This document shows, piece after piece, positions 9,975-19,785 of a stretch of DNA of 64,000 nt. The position numbers and the translations under genes were made by a program. Each line of letters starts with the position of its first letter. Positions within the stretch are counted from its first letter, which is position 1. A model generated the notes under the pieces. It had not been told where the DNA came from and did not search any database. It saw only the letters and a program-made list of their open reading frames with translations. The stretch comes from Dehalococcoidia bacterium (GTDB lineage: Bacteria; Chloroflexota; Dehalococcoidia; GIF9; UBA5629). The stretch is from the NCBI GenBank assembly GCA_049694415.1, contig JBAVQV010000096.1, positions 3,099 to 67,098 of the forward strand. Reading direction: 5' to 3'.

Positions 9975-10185
9975 ATTATCCTGGTTGCATTGGGCTGGCG
10001 TTGCATTTGCAAAATATTGAACGTCGGTAATTACTAAGCTTCCTTTATATTATATATTTGCGGATAAGGCCTCTATTTGTCAAGCTTGTTCTGATGTGAA
10101 CTGACTGGCGGAATACGTTATGGTGACATAGTTTTGCGATTGTTGTAAAATCAAGTTGAAGGTAAAGATAGAAGGAGTCGGGTGA

Positions 10186-10419
10186 ATGGAGTTATATGTT
10201 TTAACTCAGTCTGGTAGAAAAGCAATATCGGTGCTCAGGAAGAAGGGTGATGAGCTGGACGCGAACCTGCTTGAATACCTGGGCATGGCCGAGGGTGCAA
10301 CGGTGGAACAATTTGCTGATGCCATGAAACTGGAAGAGAAGATGGCCTATGATAAGCTGAGGTCGTTCAGTGCTAAAAGATGGGCTTGGCGCAAGACAAC
10401 CAAGCTGGCGAGATTCTGA
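10186..10419 (+). CDS. hypothetical small protein (77 aa)
   Basis: SD GAAGGAG upstream. I recognise no domain. Confidence 0.3.
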   Translation: MELYVLTQSGRKAISVLRKKGDELDANLLEYLGMAEGATVEQFADAMKLEEKMAYDKLRSFSAKRWAWRKTTKLARF

Positions 10420-10478
10420 TTTGGCAGGGAGAATCGGTTTTTCGTTCTTAGACGGATTGCGATGTAAGGAGTACGCGG

Positions 10479-10709
10479 ATGATGCTGCGAAAGCGTTGTG
10501 CTTACTGCCGTGGTCAGGGTTCTGTATCGGGCTCTGGAGGACCTTCTGCTCCGCTTGAGCCGTGCCCGGTTTGCAATCAACGAGGCTATAATCTGGTGCC
10601 AGGCGACGCTGCGCTCTGCGGTTGCTGTCAAGGCAGCGGCCGGGTGCACGCTGGAGGTGGAGCTTGGAGGCCATGTCCCGACTGTAATGGCATTGGCTAC
10701 AAATGGTAA
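10479..10709 (+). CDS. DnaJ-type zinc-finger (4x CxxCxGxG) mini-protein, 76 aa
   Basis: Motifs are CAYCRGQG, CPVCNQRG, CGCCQGSG and CPDCNGIG. AAGGAG lies 8 nt upstream of the ATG. Local GC is clearly above the window average. Confidence 0.5.
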   Translation: MMLRKRCAYCRGQGSVSGSGGPSAPLEPCPVCNQRGYNLVPGDAALCGCCQGSGRVHAGGGAWRPCPDCNGIGYKW

Positions 10710-10743
10710 TGAAGCTAGATGAACTGGTTGAGGAATTATAGGT

Positions 10744-11517
10744 ATGGCTGAGATTGAGATATTGTGCTGGAATGTTAATGGTGTCAGGGCAGTAGAAAAA
10801 AGAGGCTTTCTGGAGTGGCTGCAGAGAAAGTCCCCGGATATTCTTTGTCTTCAGGAAACCAAAGCACATATTGACCAGCTTGATAATGATTTACGTGAGC
10901 CACACGGCTATCAAACTTACTGGAATTATCCCGAAAGAAAAGGCTATGGTGGAGTTGCCACCTTCGCCAAGATGAAACCCGTCGCGGTGAAATATGACTT
11001 TGAGGGTGTGGCGTTGGATTTAGAGGGGAGAGTAATAATAACTGAATATACCGATTTCATTTTAATGAATGTATATTTCCCAAACGGGAAAATGGGTGAA
11101 GAACGATTGAAGTACAAGATGGATTTCTATGAATATTTTCTTGGTTTTGCGGATTCCCTGAAAGCAAAAGGAATCAAGCTGGTTGTATGTGGCGATTTTA
11201 ACACTGCACATAAGGAAATAGATTTAGCTAGGCCGAAAGAGAATGAGCACGTCTCCGGATTTTTGCCCATGGAGAGAGCCTGGATGGACAAATTCGTATC
11301 CCACGGTTACGTTGATACGTTTCGCTATTTCAATAAAGAGTCGAATCAATATACTTGGTGGGACATGAAGACCAGAGCCCGAGAAAGAAATGTGGGCTGG
11401 AGAATTGATTATTTCTTCGTAACTGAAAACCTGTTGCCGGCGGTTTCGAAGGCATTTATAATGACTGAGGTAACAGGTTCTGACCATTGCCCCGCCGGAA
11501 TTATATTGAAACTGTAA
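10744..11517 (+). CDS. xth: exodeoxyribonuclease III (AP endonuclease family 1)
   Basis: N-terminal ILCLQETK, catalytic D/N/H motifs and C-terminal SDHCP. Length 257 aa. Confidence 0.85.
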   Translation: MAEIEILCWNVNGVRAVEKRGFLEWLQRKSPDILCLQETKAHIDQLDNDLREPHGYQTYWNYPERKGYGGVATFAKMKPVAVKYDFEGVALDLEGRVIITEYTDFILMNVYFPNGKMGEERLKYKMDFYEYFLGFADSLKAKGIKLVVCGDFNTAHKEIDLARPKENEHVSGFLPMERAWMDKFVSHGYVDTFRYFNKESNQYTWWDMKTRARERNVGWRIDYFFVTENLLPAVSKAFIMTEVTGSDHCPAGIILKL

Positions 11518-11614
11518 GCTAAAGTGGGCGGTGCACGAATCTTACCAATGTCGTGGTTGCACCCGGCAACATCTCCACCTCAGAAGTAGTAGGCACCAAG
11601 TGATTGGAACTGGC

Positions 11615-12385
11615 TTAAGTAGTCAGGGTTCCACCATCGACGACGATGGTTGTTCCGGTCACGTAGCTGGAGGCATCAGAAGCCAGATAAATCATGGCCC
11701 CCACTATTTCGTCAGGGTCGCCGATGCGCCTCATTGGTATTCTATCCAGAAACTCTTTTTTATACTCCGGTACTGCCTCGAAGATGGAATCACCGAGGCG
11801 TGTGTGTATATGGCCTGGGGCTATGGCATTTACTCTTATATTATATTTAGCCCATTCCTCGCCCATAATCTTGGTTGCCATTACTATAGCGGACTTACTG
11901 ATTGAATACACGCCGATATTCGGTTCATGTCTGAAGCCAGCTATCGAGGCAACGTTGATAATTGTGCCGCCATCATGCTCTTTCATTATTCTGGCTACGG
12001 CCTGGCTGAGGAATATTAGTCCTTTCAGATTTAGATTCATGATTGAATCCCAGAGCCGTTCCTCTAAGTCCAGCATTGGACTCAAGGCCGGACTGGTACC
12101 GGCATTGTTTACCAATATATCAATTCTGCCGAACTCCTTATTAACTGTCTGAACCAAGCTCTTTATCTCTTCCAGCCGGGCTACATGTGCTGCCACCGGC
12201 AAGGCCTTTCTTCCCAAACCTCTTATCTCATCGGCTACCTGCTCCAAGTCGGGAAGTTTTCGGCTGGCAATGGCAACATCGGCGCCGGCTCTAGCAAACC
12301 CAAGAGCAGTAGCTTTACCGATGCCACGACTGCCGCCAGTTATCAGAGCTACCTTGCCATTCAAAGAGAAATCTGGCTTTGTCAT
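11615..12385 (-). CDS. SDR-family oxidoreductase (3-oxoacyl-ACP reductase-like)
   Basis: TGGSRGIG Rossmann motif, NNAG motif and the catalytic YxxxK (YSISK). Confidence 0.8.
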   Translation of the reverse strand: MTKPDFSLNGKVALITGGSRGIGKATALGFARAGADVAIASRKLPDLEQVADEIRGLGRKALPVAAHVARLEEIKSLVQTVNKEFGRIDILVNNAGTSPALSPMLDLEERLWDSIMNLNLKGLIFLSQAVARIMKEHDGGTIINVASIAGFRHEPNIGVYSISKSAIVMATKIMGEEWAKYNIRVNAIAPGHIHTRLGDSIFEAVPEYKKEFLDRIPMRRIGDPDEIVGAMIYLASDASSYVTGTTIVVDGGTLTT

Positions 12386-12579
12386 TCCCTTACCTCGCGA
12401 GAATATTTAATTCTTTTTCGGATATATACCGTCATTGAAAAACGAATGGCGGATGCAACTTGGAGATTGTATCAAGTTCAGTTCATGCAGGCAATTCTAT
12501 AATAAGCTCCCTGAGATACCTGGTCAGCACTTAACAGAGAGACTAAGTCTTATTCAGCAAGCTTTATATTGGACCAAAT

Positions 12580-13005
12580 TTAATTGACAGCTACGGTGAG
12601 GTTGAATGTCCAAATGCCTTTCTCGCCGCCTTCCCATGGCCGGCTGTATTCCATAGTTATGGTGCTGGTGCCCTTCTTAAGCGCTTTAAATGTCCAGATT
12701 TCTTTGCCGGCGGCTCCCACAAGGCTGGTGTTTTCAGGAGGCATGAGTTCGTGGCCTGTTTGCTGAACCACCCTTTGGTCGCTGATTTGTGCCGACTCGG
12801 ACCACTGGAAGCCTGTTGTGGCATTGGAGCATAACGTCACTGTAAATGTGTTGCCGGCAGCAACAGTCATCTATTTGCTGATATGCGGTTGTTTATCAAA
12901 GTCGTCGCAAGAAACACTCACGGATGTTCCCGTGGCTGGTGTACAGGCTGCAAGCCACAGTGATAGGATGAGCATAGCGAATATTGGTATCATTCGTAGC
13001 TTCAT
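12580..13005 (-). pseudogene. chagasin-family (I42) peptidase-inhibitor lipoprotein with an in-frame TAG at 12871..12873
   Basis: SD GGAGGT precedes ATG 13005. A 44-codon lipoprotein signal follows (MKLRMIPIFAMLILSLWLAAC...). Next is TAG, then an in-frame ATG that continues into ...NATTGFQWSE... (chagasin NPTTG(Y/F)xW-like motif) through to the stop at 12580. Confidence 0.55.
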
Positions 13006-13236
13006 TTTGCTTACCTCCATACTTTCATTGGCCCGTTTACTTTCTGTCATATTATAACGCAGATGTGCCCATTCTGTTTAGTTATGGGTTCTTGCCTGGT
13101 TTCCTATTTTAGTTTGCCATAGTTTACCAGATTATAAGCCTAGCCCAGCCAAAATAGAATAAAAGTTAAGCAAAATGCCCTAAAAAACGGACAAAATGCT
13201 TTACGGCATGTTAAAATGTTATATCAATTTAAGTTT

Positions 13237-13318
13237 GGGGAAGTGTCGGAACTGGCAGACGAGCATGACCTAGGATCATGTGCCGCAAGGCGTAGGGGTT
13301 CGAGTCCCCTCTTCCCCA
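13237..13318 (+). tRNA. tRNA-Leu (anticodon TAG), 82 nt with long variable arm
   Basis: Acceptor GGGGAAG/CTTCCCC, anticodon arm CATGA-CCTAGGA-TCATG, T-arm AGGGG-TTCGAGT-CCCCT, discriminator A. Confidence 0.8.
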
Positions 13319-13415
13319 TGATTGGATAGTATCCGGTATATTCCAATCTATTTGAGTTTCAGCTGTATTAAAAACTAAATCGAGCAATAATCAAAAACTT
13401 GGAAAGGAGAAATAG

Positions 13416-14174
13416 ATGGCATATGAGAATCTAATATACGAAAAGAAGGAAGGCGTGGCCAGGATAACCATCAATCGTCCCAGCGTGATGAATGCTCTAA
13501 CGCCGACGCTTTTATCAGAGATGAAGGCAGCGGTACTGGAAGCAGGGAAGGACAGCGAGGTGAAGGTGATAGTGCTCACCGGAGCTGGCCGTGCCTTTTC
13601 CGCTGGGGTAGACTTAATAGCTTTAGGAGACCGTAAACTGGAAAGGGGAAAGGTGGGGCCCATATTGGATGACCCGGCCAGAGACCTTATAGAGACTATA
13701 CAGGACGTACCCAAGGTTGTCATAGCTATGGTCAATGGATTTTGTATAACCGGAGCCATGGAAATCGTGTTGGGCTGTGACCTCGTTGTGGCTGCGGAAG
13801 AGGCGAAATTTGGAGACACTCATGCTCGTTGGGGGCTGCGGCCCACCTGGGGCATGAGCCAGCGTTTGCCTCGCGCCGTCGGGATGTTAAAGGCCAAAGA
13901 GCTGTCATTCACTGCTGATTTGATTACAGGAAAGGAAGCACAGCAATTAGGTTTGGTAAATATGGCAGTCCCGGCAGATAAACTGGAAGAGGCTGTGCAA
14001 GAGTTGATAAAGAAGTTGACCGCGAATAGTATGGCATCTCTGGCCGCTTACAAGTACCTTTACAATCAGGGCAATAAAGACACCCTCAAAAAAGGCCTGG
14101 AACTTGAAGCCAAGAGCGAATTTGATATTAAGGATACCGAGGAGAGGCTGGCAAAGTTCAGGAAGAAAGACTAG
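13416..14174 (+). CDS. enoyl-CoA hydratase/isomerase (crotonase family)
   Basis: VIVLTGAGRAFSAGVDL oxyanion-hole region. Length 252 aa. Confidence 0.8.
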   Translation: MAYENLIYEKKEGVARITINRPSVMNALTPTLLSEMKAAVLEAGKDSEVKVIVLTGAGRAFSAGVDLIALGDRKLERGKVGPILDDPARDLIETIQDVPKVVIAMVNGFCITGAMEIVLGCDLVVAAEEAKFGDTHARWGLRPTWGMSQRLPRAVGMLKAKELSFTADLITGKEAQQLGLVNMAVPADKLEEAVQELIKKLTANSMASLAAYKYLYNQGNKDTLKKGLELEAKSEFDIKDTEERLAKFRKKD

Positions 14175-14246
14175 GCAAGAGCGCTTTATTCCTTAATAAG
14201 AAATCTAGCCAAGGAGCCGAAGGCATCTGTAATGCATGACGCATCG

Positions 14247-15029
14247 TCAAAACACAACCTGGCAATTGGTGCCCTGTTTTTCAAAGGCCAAGACAAGTTC
14301 TTTACTGGTTCGGGAAAAGAAATAATCGCTCATTGCTGCCTCTAAATTATATTTCCGATACACCCAGTCGCTATAGTGGTAGTTCATTCTGTCAATCAAT
14401 ACGTAATCTACCCTTCCACTGAGCATACCGGCAAGTTCTCCGGCATGGGGAAGCATCGGCGCAATCATGGCAAAAGTCCTGATGCCTGCTTTATGTAGCT
14501 CATCCAGCCCTTTGATTCTTTCCTTGATTGGTGGCGCATTCGGTTCGAAAAGTCGTCTTATATTATCATCTGCCGTGGTAATCGTCAGCCCAACTTCAAT
14601 ATCGCTAGCCCCTATAAGCAGTTCCATGTCACGCAACACAAGTGGAGATTTCGTCTGGACCGCAACCGGCCAATTATGTTCAACTAATATTTCGAGGCAT
14701 TTTCTGGTCAGTTCATATTTTGCTTCTAGTGGCTGATACGCGTCGCATACCCCGCTTACCCATACCCTATCCGGTCGCTTCTTATTTATCTCCTGCCGTA
14801 GTAGTTCCGGCGCATTAATTTTAACATCGACAAATTCACCCCATGGTTCAATATGCCCTGTGGTTCTTTTCATAAACCGAGCATAGCAATAAGTACAACC
14901 ATGCTGGCAACCAGTGTAGGGATTGATGGTATAGTTATAAACTTTTGACTTGGATAATATGCTTCTGGCGTAAATTTCTCGTACAATCATCGATATAAAA
15001 CCCTTAATGATGAATATACCTTGGCGCAT
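14247..15029 (-). CDS. radical SAM protein (SPL/DNA-photolyase-like family)
   Basis: CxxxCxxC motif CQHGCTYC near the N-terminus. About 260 aa. The exact start is uncertain (TTG at 15032 or ATG at 15029). Confidence 0.6.
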   Translation of the reverse strand: MRQGIFIIKGFISMIVREIYARSILSKSKVYNYTINPYTGCQHGCTYCYARFMKRTTGHIEPWGEFVDVKINAPELLRQEINKKRPDRVWVSGVCDAYQPLEAKYELTRKCLEILVEHNWPVAVQTKSPLVLRDMELLIGASDIEVGLTITTADDNIRRLFEPNAPPIKERIKGLDELHKAGIRTFAMIAPMLPHAGELAGMLSGRVDYVLIDRMNYHYSDWVYRKYNLEAAMSDYFFSRTSKELVLAFEKQGTNCQVVF

Positions 15030-15060
15030 CAATGGGTGTTATGCGTTTGGTATAGTGAGG

Positions 15061-16513
15061 TTATCCTTTGCGGAATTGAGTGCCGTATTTATAAAGATTA
15101 AACAGTGCCTTGATTGAGTCTTTGAGCGTGGGGAATACTGGAAATCGCTCATCCTCGAAAGCCTTTTTTACCATCAGGTGATACCTTCTATCCTCTTCGT
15201 CTTCCGAATAGGCATCGAGCGAAATGCATATTATTACTGGTTTGCCGATTTCATCCCGGGCATACCGACAGCCGTTAACCAGGAGTTTAACAAGCTCCTT
15301 CAGGTGCCCTTCAAAAGCTCCACCTAACACATGCCTCAGATAATTAATTTCATCGAAGTGCAGTACTATTGAATGTATGTTCCTATCCAGAGCCAGGATT
15401 TTTATCACATCGGCAAGATTACCGGATGTCCCCGACAAATTGTAGAATATAGGCCAGGCATCCAGAGGATTCCCGATACTCGTTCCGGCTACAGGCACTA
15501 ACTTTCTAAGTTCAGATAATGTTTCGTTCTGGAATTGAGGAACTTCCAATCCGGCTTTTACACAGGTGTCGGTTTCGAGCACACTGAAGCCACCGGAGTT
15601 GGTAATGATAGTGGTGCCTTTTCCTGAAGGAAAAGGTGAGTAAGTGAGTGCTAAGGCGCCGTTTAGTAATTCGTCGAAGTCCTCTACCTGGATCACGCCG
15701 GTCTGTTGGAAAATCGAGCTCCATATTTCCGGCGAACCGGCAAGTGAACCTGTGTGAGAAGACGCTGCCCGGCTGCCATGTTCGGTTACTCCGCCCTTTA
15801 AGGCTAAGACCGGTTTTTTCCTGGCAGCTTTGGCCAGCGCTGATTTGAGCCGCTTACCGTTTCTTGTACCCTCCATGTATAACGCTATGACTTTAGTGTC
15901 GGGGTCGTCTGCAAGATATTCCAGAAAGTCGGGGCAGTCAAGGTCTACGGCATTCCCGTAGCTGATTACCTTACTAAACTTCAGGTTTCTTATCTTTCCG
16001 AGGTTCAAGAATTCGACCCCAAAGGTACCGCTCTGCGAAATGACTCCGACAGGACCTTCTTCAAACGAAGCACCGAAAGTGAAACTTAACCCGGATTTGG
16101 AACAGTAGATTCCCATACAGTTGGGGCCGATTAGTCTAATCTTGCCTTTGGCAATGTCTTTTACTTCGTTCTCTAACTTTATTCGTTCCACCAGCCCGGT
16201 CTCGCTGAAGCCCGCGGTGAAAATATGTGCCGTCTTGACACCTTTTTCTATGCATTCGGCCAATACCTTAGGAACCTGTGAGGCCGGTGCCGCGATTATG
16301 ACGTAGTCAATAGTCTCTTTGATGTCCAGGATATTGGCGTAGCATTTTTTGCCGGAGAGTTCACTGTATTTCGGGTTCACTAGATACAGCTTGTCCTTAA
16401 TCTTCGTGTTCGTCAAAGCATGTAAAAAGCCATTATCGGTAGATGCGCCTACTAAGGCAACCGCTCGAGGGTTGAAGATATATTCAAATTCGATGGCGTC
16501 CTTTGTTTTCATT
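15061..16513 (-). CDS. acetyl-CoA synthetase (ADP-forming, NDP-forming acyl-CoA synthetase family), fused alpha/beta
   Basis: N-terminal CoA-binding domain (RAVALVGAS...), succinyl-CoA-synthetase-like ligase domain and a C-terminal ATP-grasp domain. I chose the start MKTKDAIEF because of GGAGG 7 nt upstream. The ORF track extends to 16659 without an SD. Confidence 0.65.
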
Positions 16514-16825
16514 ATTGCCTCCGATATATTTATATCGTAAATTAAAAAAGTGACTGGACTGCAGCAGGCGCAGCCAGGCAAAAAGCGACATAGTATTATA
16601 GTCCTGATTTCGAATTTATTCAATTTGAGGGCAGGAACAATAAGCTTGACTCGCCACATCAGCGTTGATAAAATGCGATAGTTAAAGCGATTAGCTTAGC
16701 GATAGGAAATCATTCCAATATTGTATAGTCAGTGCCAATTAGCTCATGCGTAATTTTGGTGCAGGATTGACCTCTCGCTTACAAATGGCGCGAGGTTTTT
16801 GTTTGGTTTGATGTAGAAATTGGTA

Positions 16826-18568
16826 ATGGTTATGGAAGAGAAAGAAGCGAGAGTGGAAAAGATGCGGCATTCGGCTGCTCATGTGATGGCTGAAGCAGTC
16901 CAAACCCTTTTCCCTGGGACTAAATTCGGCATTGGTCCGGCTATTGAGGATGGTTTTTACTATGATTTTGAACTTCCCCGACCTCTTGTGCCAGAGGATT
17001 TAATAGCAATTGAAGCCAAGATGAGAGAGATAATTGCTGCGGATATTTCTTTTGCTAGAGAAGAGATGAGCAAGACGAAAGCACGCAAGTTATTTTCCGA
17101 GCAGCCTTACAAGTTGGAACTAATTGATGAGCTCCCGGACAAAACGGTGACAATTTATCGTCAGGGCTCTTTTGTCGACTTGTGCCGTGGTCCTCATGTA
17201 AATTCAACCGGCGAGATTAAGGCTTTAAAGCTCACGAGCATTGCCGGAGCCTACTGGCGAGGTGATGAAAGGCGCCCCATGTTGCAAAGGATTTACGGGG
17301 TCGCCTTCGATACCGAGGGTGAGCTTGAAGATTACTTAATGCGATTGTCTGAGGCTGCCAAGCGAGACCATAGGAGGTTGGGTAAGGAGCTCGACCTATA
17401 TAGCCTTCATGAGGAATTTGGCCCCGGGTTAGTCCACTGGCATCCCAAAGGGGCTCTGGTTCGCCAGATTATAGAGGATTTCTGGAAAGCGGAGCACAGG
17501 AAACGAGGTTATGAAATCGTTTACACGCCTCATATAGCCAAACTGAATTTGTGGAAAACCAGCGGGCACTGGGACTTTTATCGGGAGAATCTATATTCAC
17601 CGATGGATGTTGAGGGACAGGAGTACATTGTCAAACCGATGAACTGCTTGGGGCATATTATGATATACAAGACTCAGTTGCGCAGCTATCGCCATCTGCC
17701 GCTTCGCTACGCTGAACTGGGTACAGTTTATCGTTACGAGCGGTCAGGGGTGTTGCATGGGCTGGCACGGGTGCGTGGTTTCACGCAGGACGATGCTCAC
17801 ATTTTCTGTCGCCCTGACCAAATTGAGGCCGAAGTGGGAGAGGCGGTGCAATTGGCTCGCTTTATGATGAGTACCTTTGGCTTTAACGAGTATGAGCTCC
17901 TTTTGTCTACACGCCCTGACCATTATGCTGGGACTATACAGGTTTGGGAAGAGGCTACGGAAGCGCTGCGAAAAGTACTGGAACGACTTGGGCTTAATTA
18001 TGCCATAGACCCTGGCGAGGGTGTCTTTTACGGGCCAAAAATTGATGTAAAGCTCAGGGATGCTTTGGACCGGCTGTGGCAGGGGCCAACTATTCAAGTC
18101 GATTTTAATCTGCCACAGCGTTTTGATGTCAATTATATAGGTGAAGATGGTTTGGAACATCAAGTGGTTATGGTACATCGGACTGTTTTGGGAAGTATGG
18201 AACGTTTTATGGCTTGCCTGGTTGAAAATTATGCTGGGGCCTTCCCGGTTTGGCTGTCACCAGTTCAGGTAGCTATCATACCTATTGCCGACCGTCATCT
18301 GAGCTATGCGCATCAGGTGGCGGATGAACTCAGAGAATATAACATTCGTGTCCAGGTTGATGACCGCTCGGAGAGAATGAACTTAAAGATAAGAGAGGCG
18401 CAATTAATGAAAATCCCTTATATGTTTGTTGTTGGTGATAAAGAACAGGATGCTTCTCAAGTTTCCCTTCGGTTAAGGAATGGAGAAGACTTAGGCTTGC
18501 TATCAATTTCTAAGTTCCTAGACAGAGTAAGACCGATTATTGAAACTAAGGCGCCAGATAAACTTTGA
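16826..18568 (+). CDS. thrS: threonyl-tRNA synthetase (short form lacking the N-terminal TGS domain)
   Basis: Editing-domain HxxxH (HSAAHV), class II motifs and an anticodon-binding domain. Length about 580 aa. Confidence 0.9.
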   Translation: MVMEEKEARVEKMRHSAAHVMAEAVQTLFPGTKFGIGPAIEDGFYYDFELPRPLVPEDLIAIEAKMREIIAADISFAREEMSKTKARKLFSEQPYKLELIDELPDKTVTIYRQGSFVDLCRGPHVNSTGEIKALKLTSIAGAYWRGDERRPMLQRIYGVAFDTEGELEDYLMRLSEAAKRDHRRLGKELDLYSLHEEFGPGLVHWHPKGALVRQIIEDFWKAEHRKRGYEIVYTPHIAKLNLWKTSGHWDFYRENLYSPMDVEGQEYIVKPMNCLGHIMIYKTQLRSYRHLPLRYAELGTVYRYERSGVLHGLARVRGFTQDDAHIFCRPDQIEAEVGEAVQLARFMMSTFGFNEYELLLSTRPDHYAGTIQVWEEATEALRKVLERLGLNYAIDPGEGVFYGPKIDVKLRDALDRLWQGPTIQVDFNLPQRFDVNYIGEDGLEHQVVMVHRTVLGSMERFMACLVENYAGAFPVWLSPVQVAIIPIADRHLSYAHQVADELREYNIRVQVDDRSERMNLKIREAQLMKIPYMFVVGDKEQDASQVSLRLRNGEDLGLLSISKFLDRVRPIIETKAPDKL

Positions 18569-18623
18569 TTTCCGCTCGTGAATATGTTATATTTTTGCTC
18601 GATGGTTCCCTTCGTGTAAGGAG

Positions 18624-19184
18624 GTGAGGAGAGACATAGTCAAGGAATTACGCGTTAATCGACAAATTAGGGCTAAGGAGGTTCGGCTTATAGGGGAGAC
18701 AGGCGCACAGATGGGAGTATTCCCCACTGAGAAGGCGTTGCAGATGGCGAGTGAACGCAGTCTTGATCTCGTAGAGGTGGCGTCAAATTCAGTTCCCCCT
18801 GTATGTCGAATTCTTGACTATGGTAGGTACAGATACGAGCAGACCAAAAAGGAGCGTAAAGCCCGTAAAAGTCAGAGAGGTATAGCACTCAAGGAAATCA
18901 GAATCAGGCCTCGGGTGAAGGAACATGACCTCGAGACCAAAATTAAGATAGCGCGGAAATTGTTGGAGGAGGGGGATAAAGTAAAGGTATTTGTAGTTTT
19001 TCGGGGACGTGAGTTTACGCATCCTGAACTGGGTTTGAGACTTCTCAGAAAAGTGGCGGAAGATTTGAAAGATATAGCTATGTTTGATGGCGCTCCGTCT
19101 TCAGTGGACCGTTTTATGAGCCTGGTGCTAACACCGGTTTCAAGTAAACATACTAAGAAACCAGCTATGGAGGAGAAAGTTTAA
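18624..19184 (+). CDS. infC: translation initiation factor IF-3
   Basis: IRAKEVRLIGETG near the N-terminus. Probable non-canonical ATA start at 18636, 7 nt after TAAGGAGGTGAGG. The ORF track calls GTG at 18624. Confidence 0.85.
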   Translation: MRRDIVKELRVNRQIRAKEVRLIGETGAQMGVFPTEKALQMASERSLDLVEVASNSVPPVCRILDYGRYRYEQTKKERKARKSQRGIALKEIRIRPRVKEHDLETKIKIARKLLEEGDKVKVFVVFRGREFTHPELGLRLLRKVAEDLKDIAMFDGAPSSVDRFMSLVLTPVSSKHTKKPAMEEKV

Positions 19185-19388
19185 TTGCCGAAGCTTAAGA
19201 CACATAAAGGGGCTAAGAGTCGATTGCACGTCACCGGTACGGGCAAAATAATGCGAGTTAAAGTCGGTAAAAGCCATTTAAGGCGTAAGAAACCGGCCAG
19301 AACCAAGCGTCTTTATGACGAGATGATTCCGGTTCAACCTGCTGATAAGGCTAGGTTGAAGAAGCTAATACCCTACGGCATAAAATAG
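19185..19388 (+). CDS. rpmI: 50S ribosomal protein L35
   Basis: MPKLKTHKGAKSR... TTG start immediately after the infC stop. Confidence 0.85.
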   Translation: MPKLKTHKGAKSRLHVTGTGKIMRVKVGKSHLRRKKPARTKRLYDEMIPVQPADKARLKKLIPYGIK

Positions 19389-19403
19389 ATCAGGAGGAAG
19401 TGA

Positions 19404-19763
19404 TTGCCACGAGTTAAAGGTGGAATAGTCACACATCGACGACACAAAAAGGTACTGAAGTTAACAAAGGGGCATAAGGCTACCAGGCATTCTCTGTTTC
19501 GGCGTGCCCATGAGTCTATGATGCATTCTTTATTTTATGCCTATCGTCATCGTCGAGAACGCAAGGGTGATATTAGGCGATTGTGGATTGTCAGGATAAA
19601 TGCTGCTGCCCGTGCTGAAGGGCTTTCTTATAGCCAGTTTATGGACGGGCTGAAAAAAGCCAATGTGGGAATAAACCGCAAAGCATTGGCGGAGATGGCA
19701 GTAAATGACCCGTCCAGCTTCTCTAAGTTACTTTCGCTAGCTTCAACCAAAATTAAGAGCTAG
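19404..19763 (+). CDS. rplT: 50S ribosomal protein L20
   Basis: MPRVKGG...RAHESMMHSLFYAYRHRRERK. TTG start. Confidence 0.9.
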   Translation: MPRVKGGIVTHRRHKKVLKLTKGHKATRHSLFRRAHESMMHSLFYAYRHRRERKGDIRRLWIVRINAAARAEGLSYSQFMDGLKKANVGINRKALAEMAVNDPSSFSKLLSLASTKIKS

Positions 19764-19785
19764 AATCCCCTCACGTAGTGAGAAT

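Noticed and set aside
10201-10869. 222-aa minus-strand ORF, plus the 10347..10649(-), 10370..10558(+) and 10498..10722(+) ORFs
   Set aside because: They overlap one another and the start of xth within a GC-rich patch. None has a recognisable domain or RBS. The 10479..10709 frame has four CxxCxGxG motifs and an SD, so I preferred it.
16680-16825. Possible T-box or leader structure upstream of thrS (hairpin CCTCTCGC...GCGCGAGG followed by TTTTT at about 16770..16800)
   Set aside because: The hairpin and U-run are visible, but I could not identify a specifier loop or T-box consensus (AANNNGGGTGGNACCGCG). It is left as an unclassified attenuator-like hairpin.
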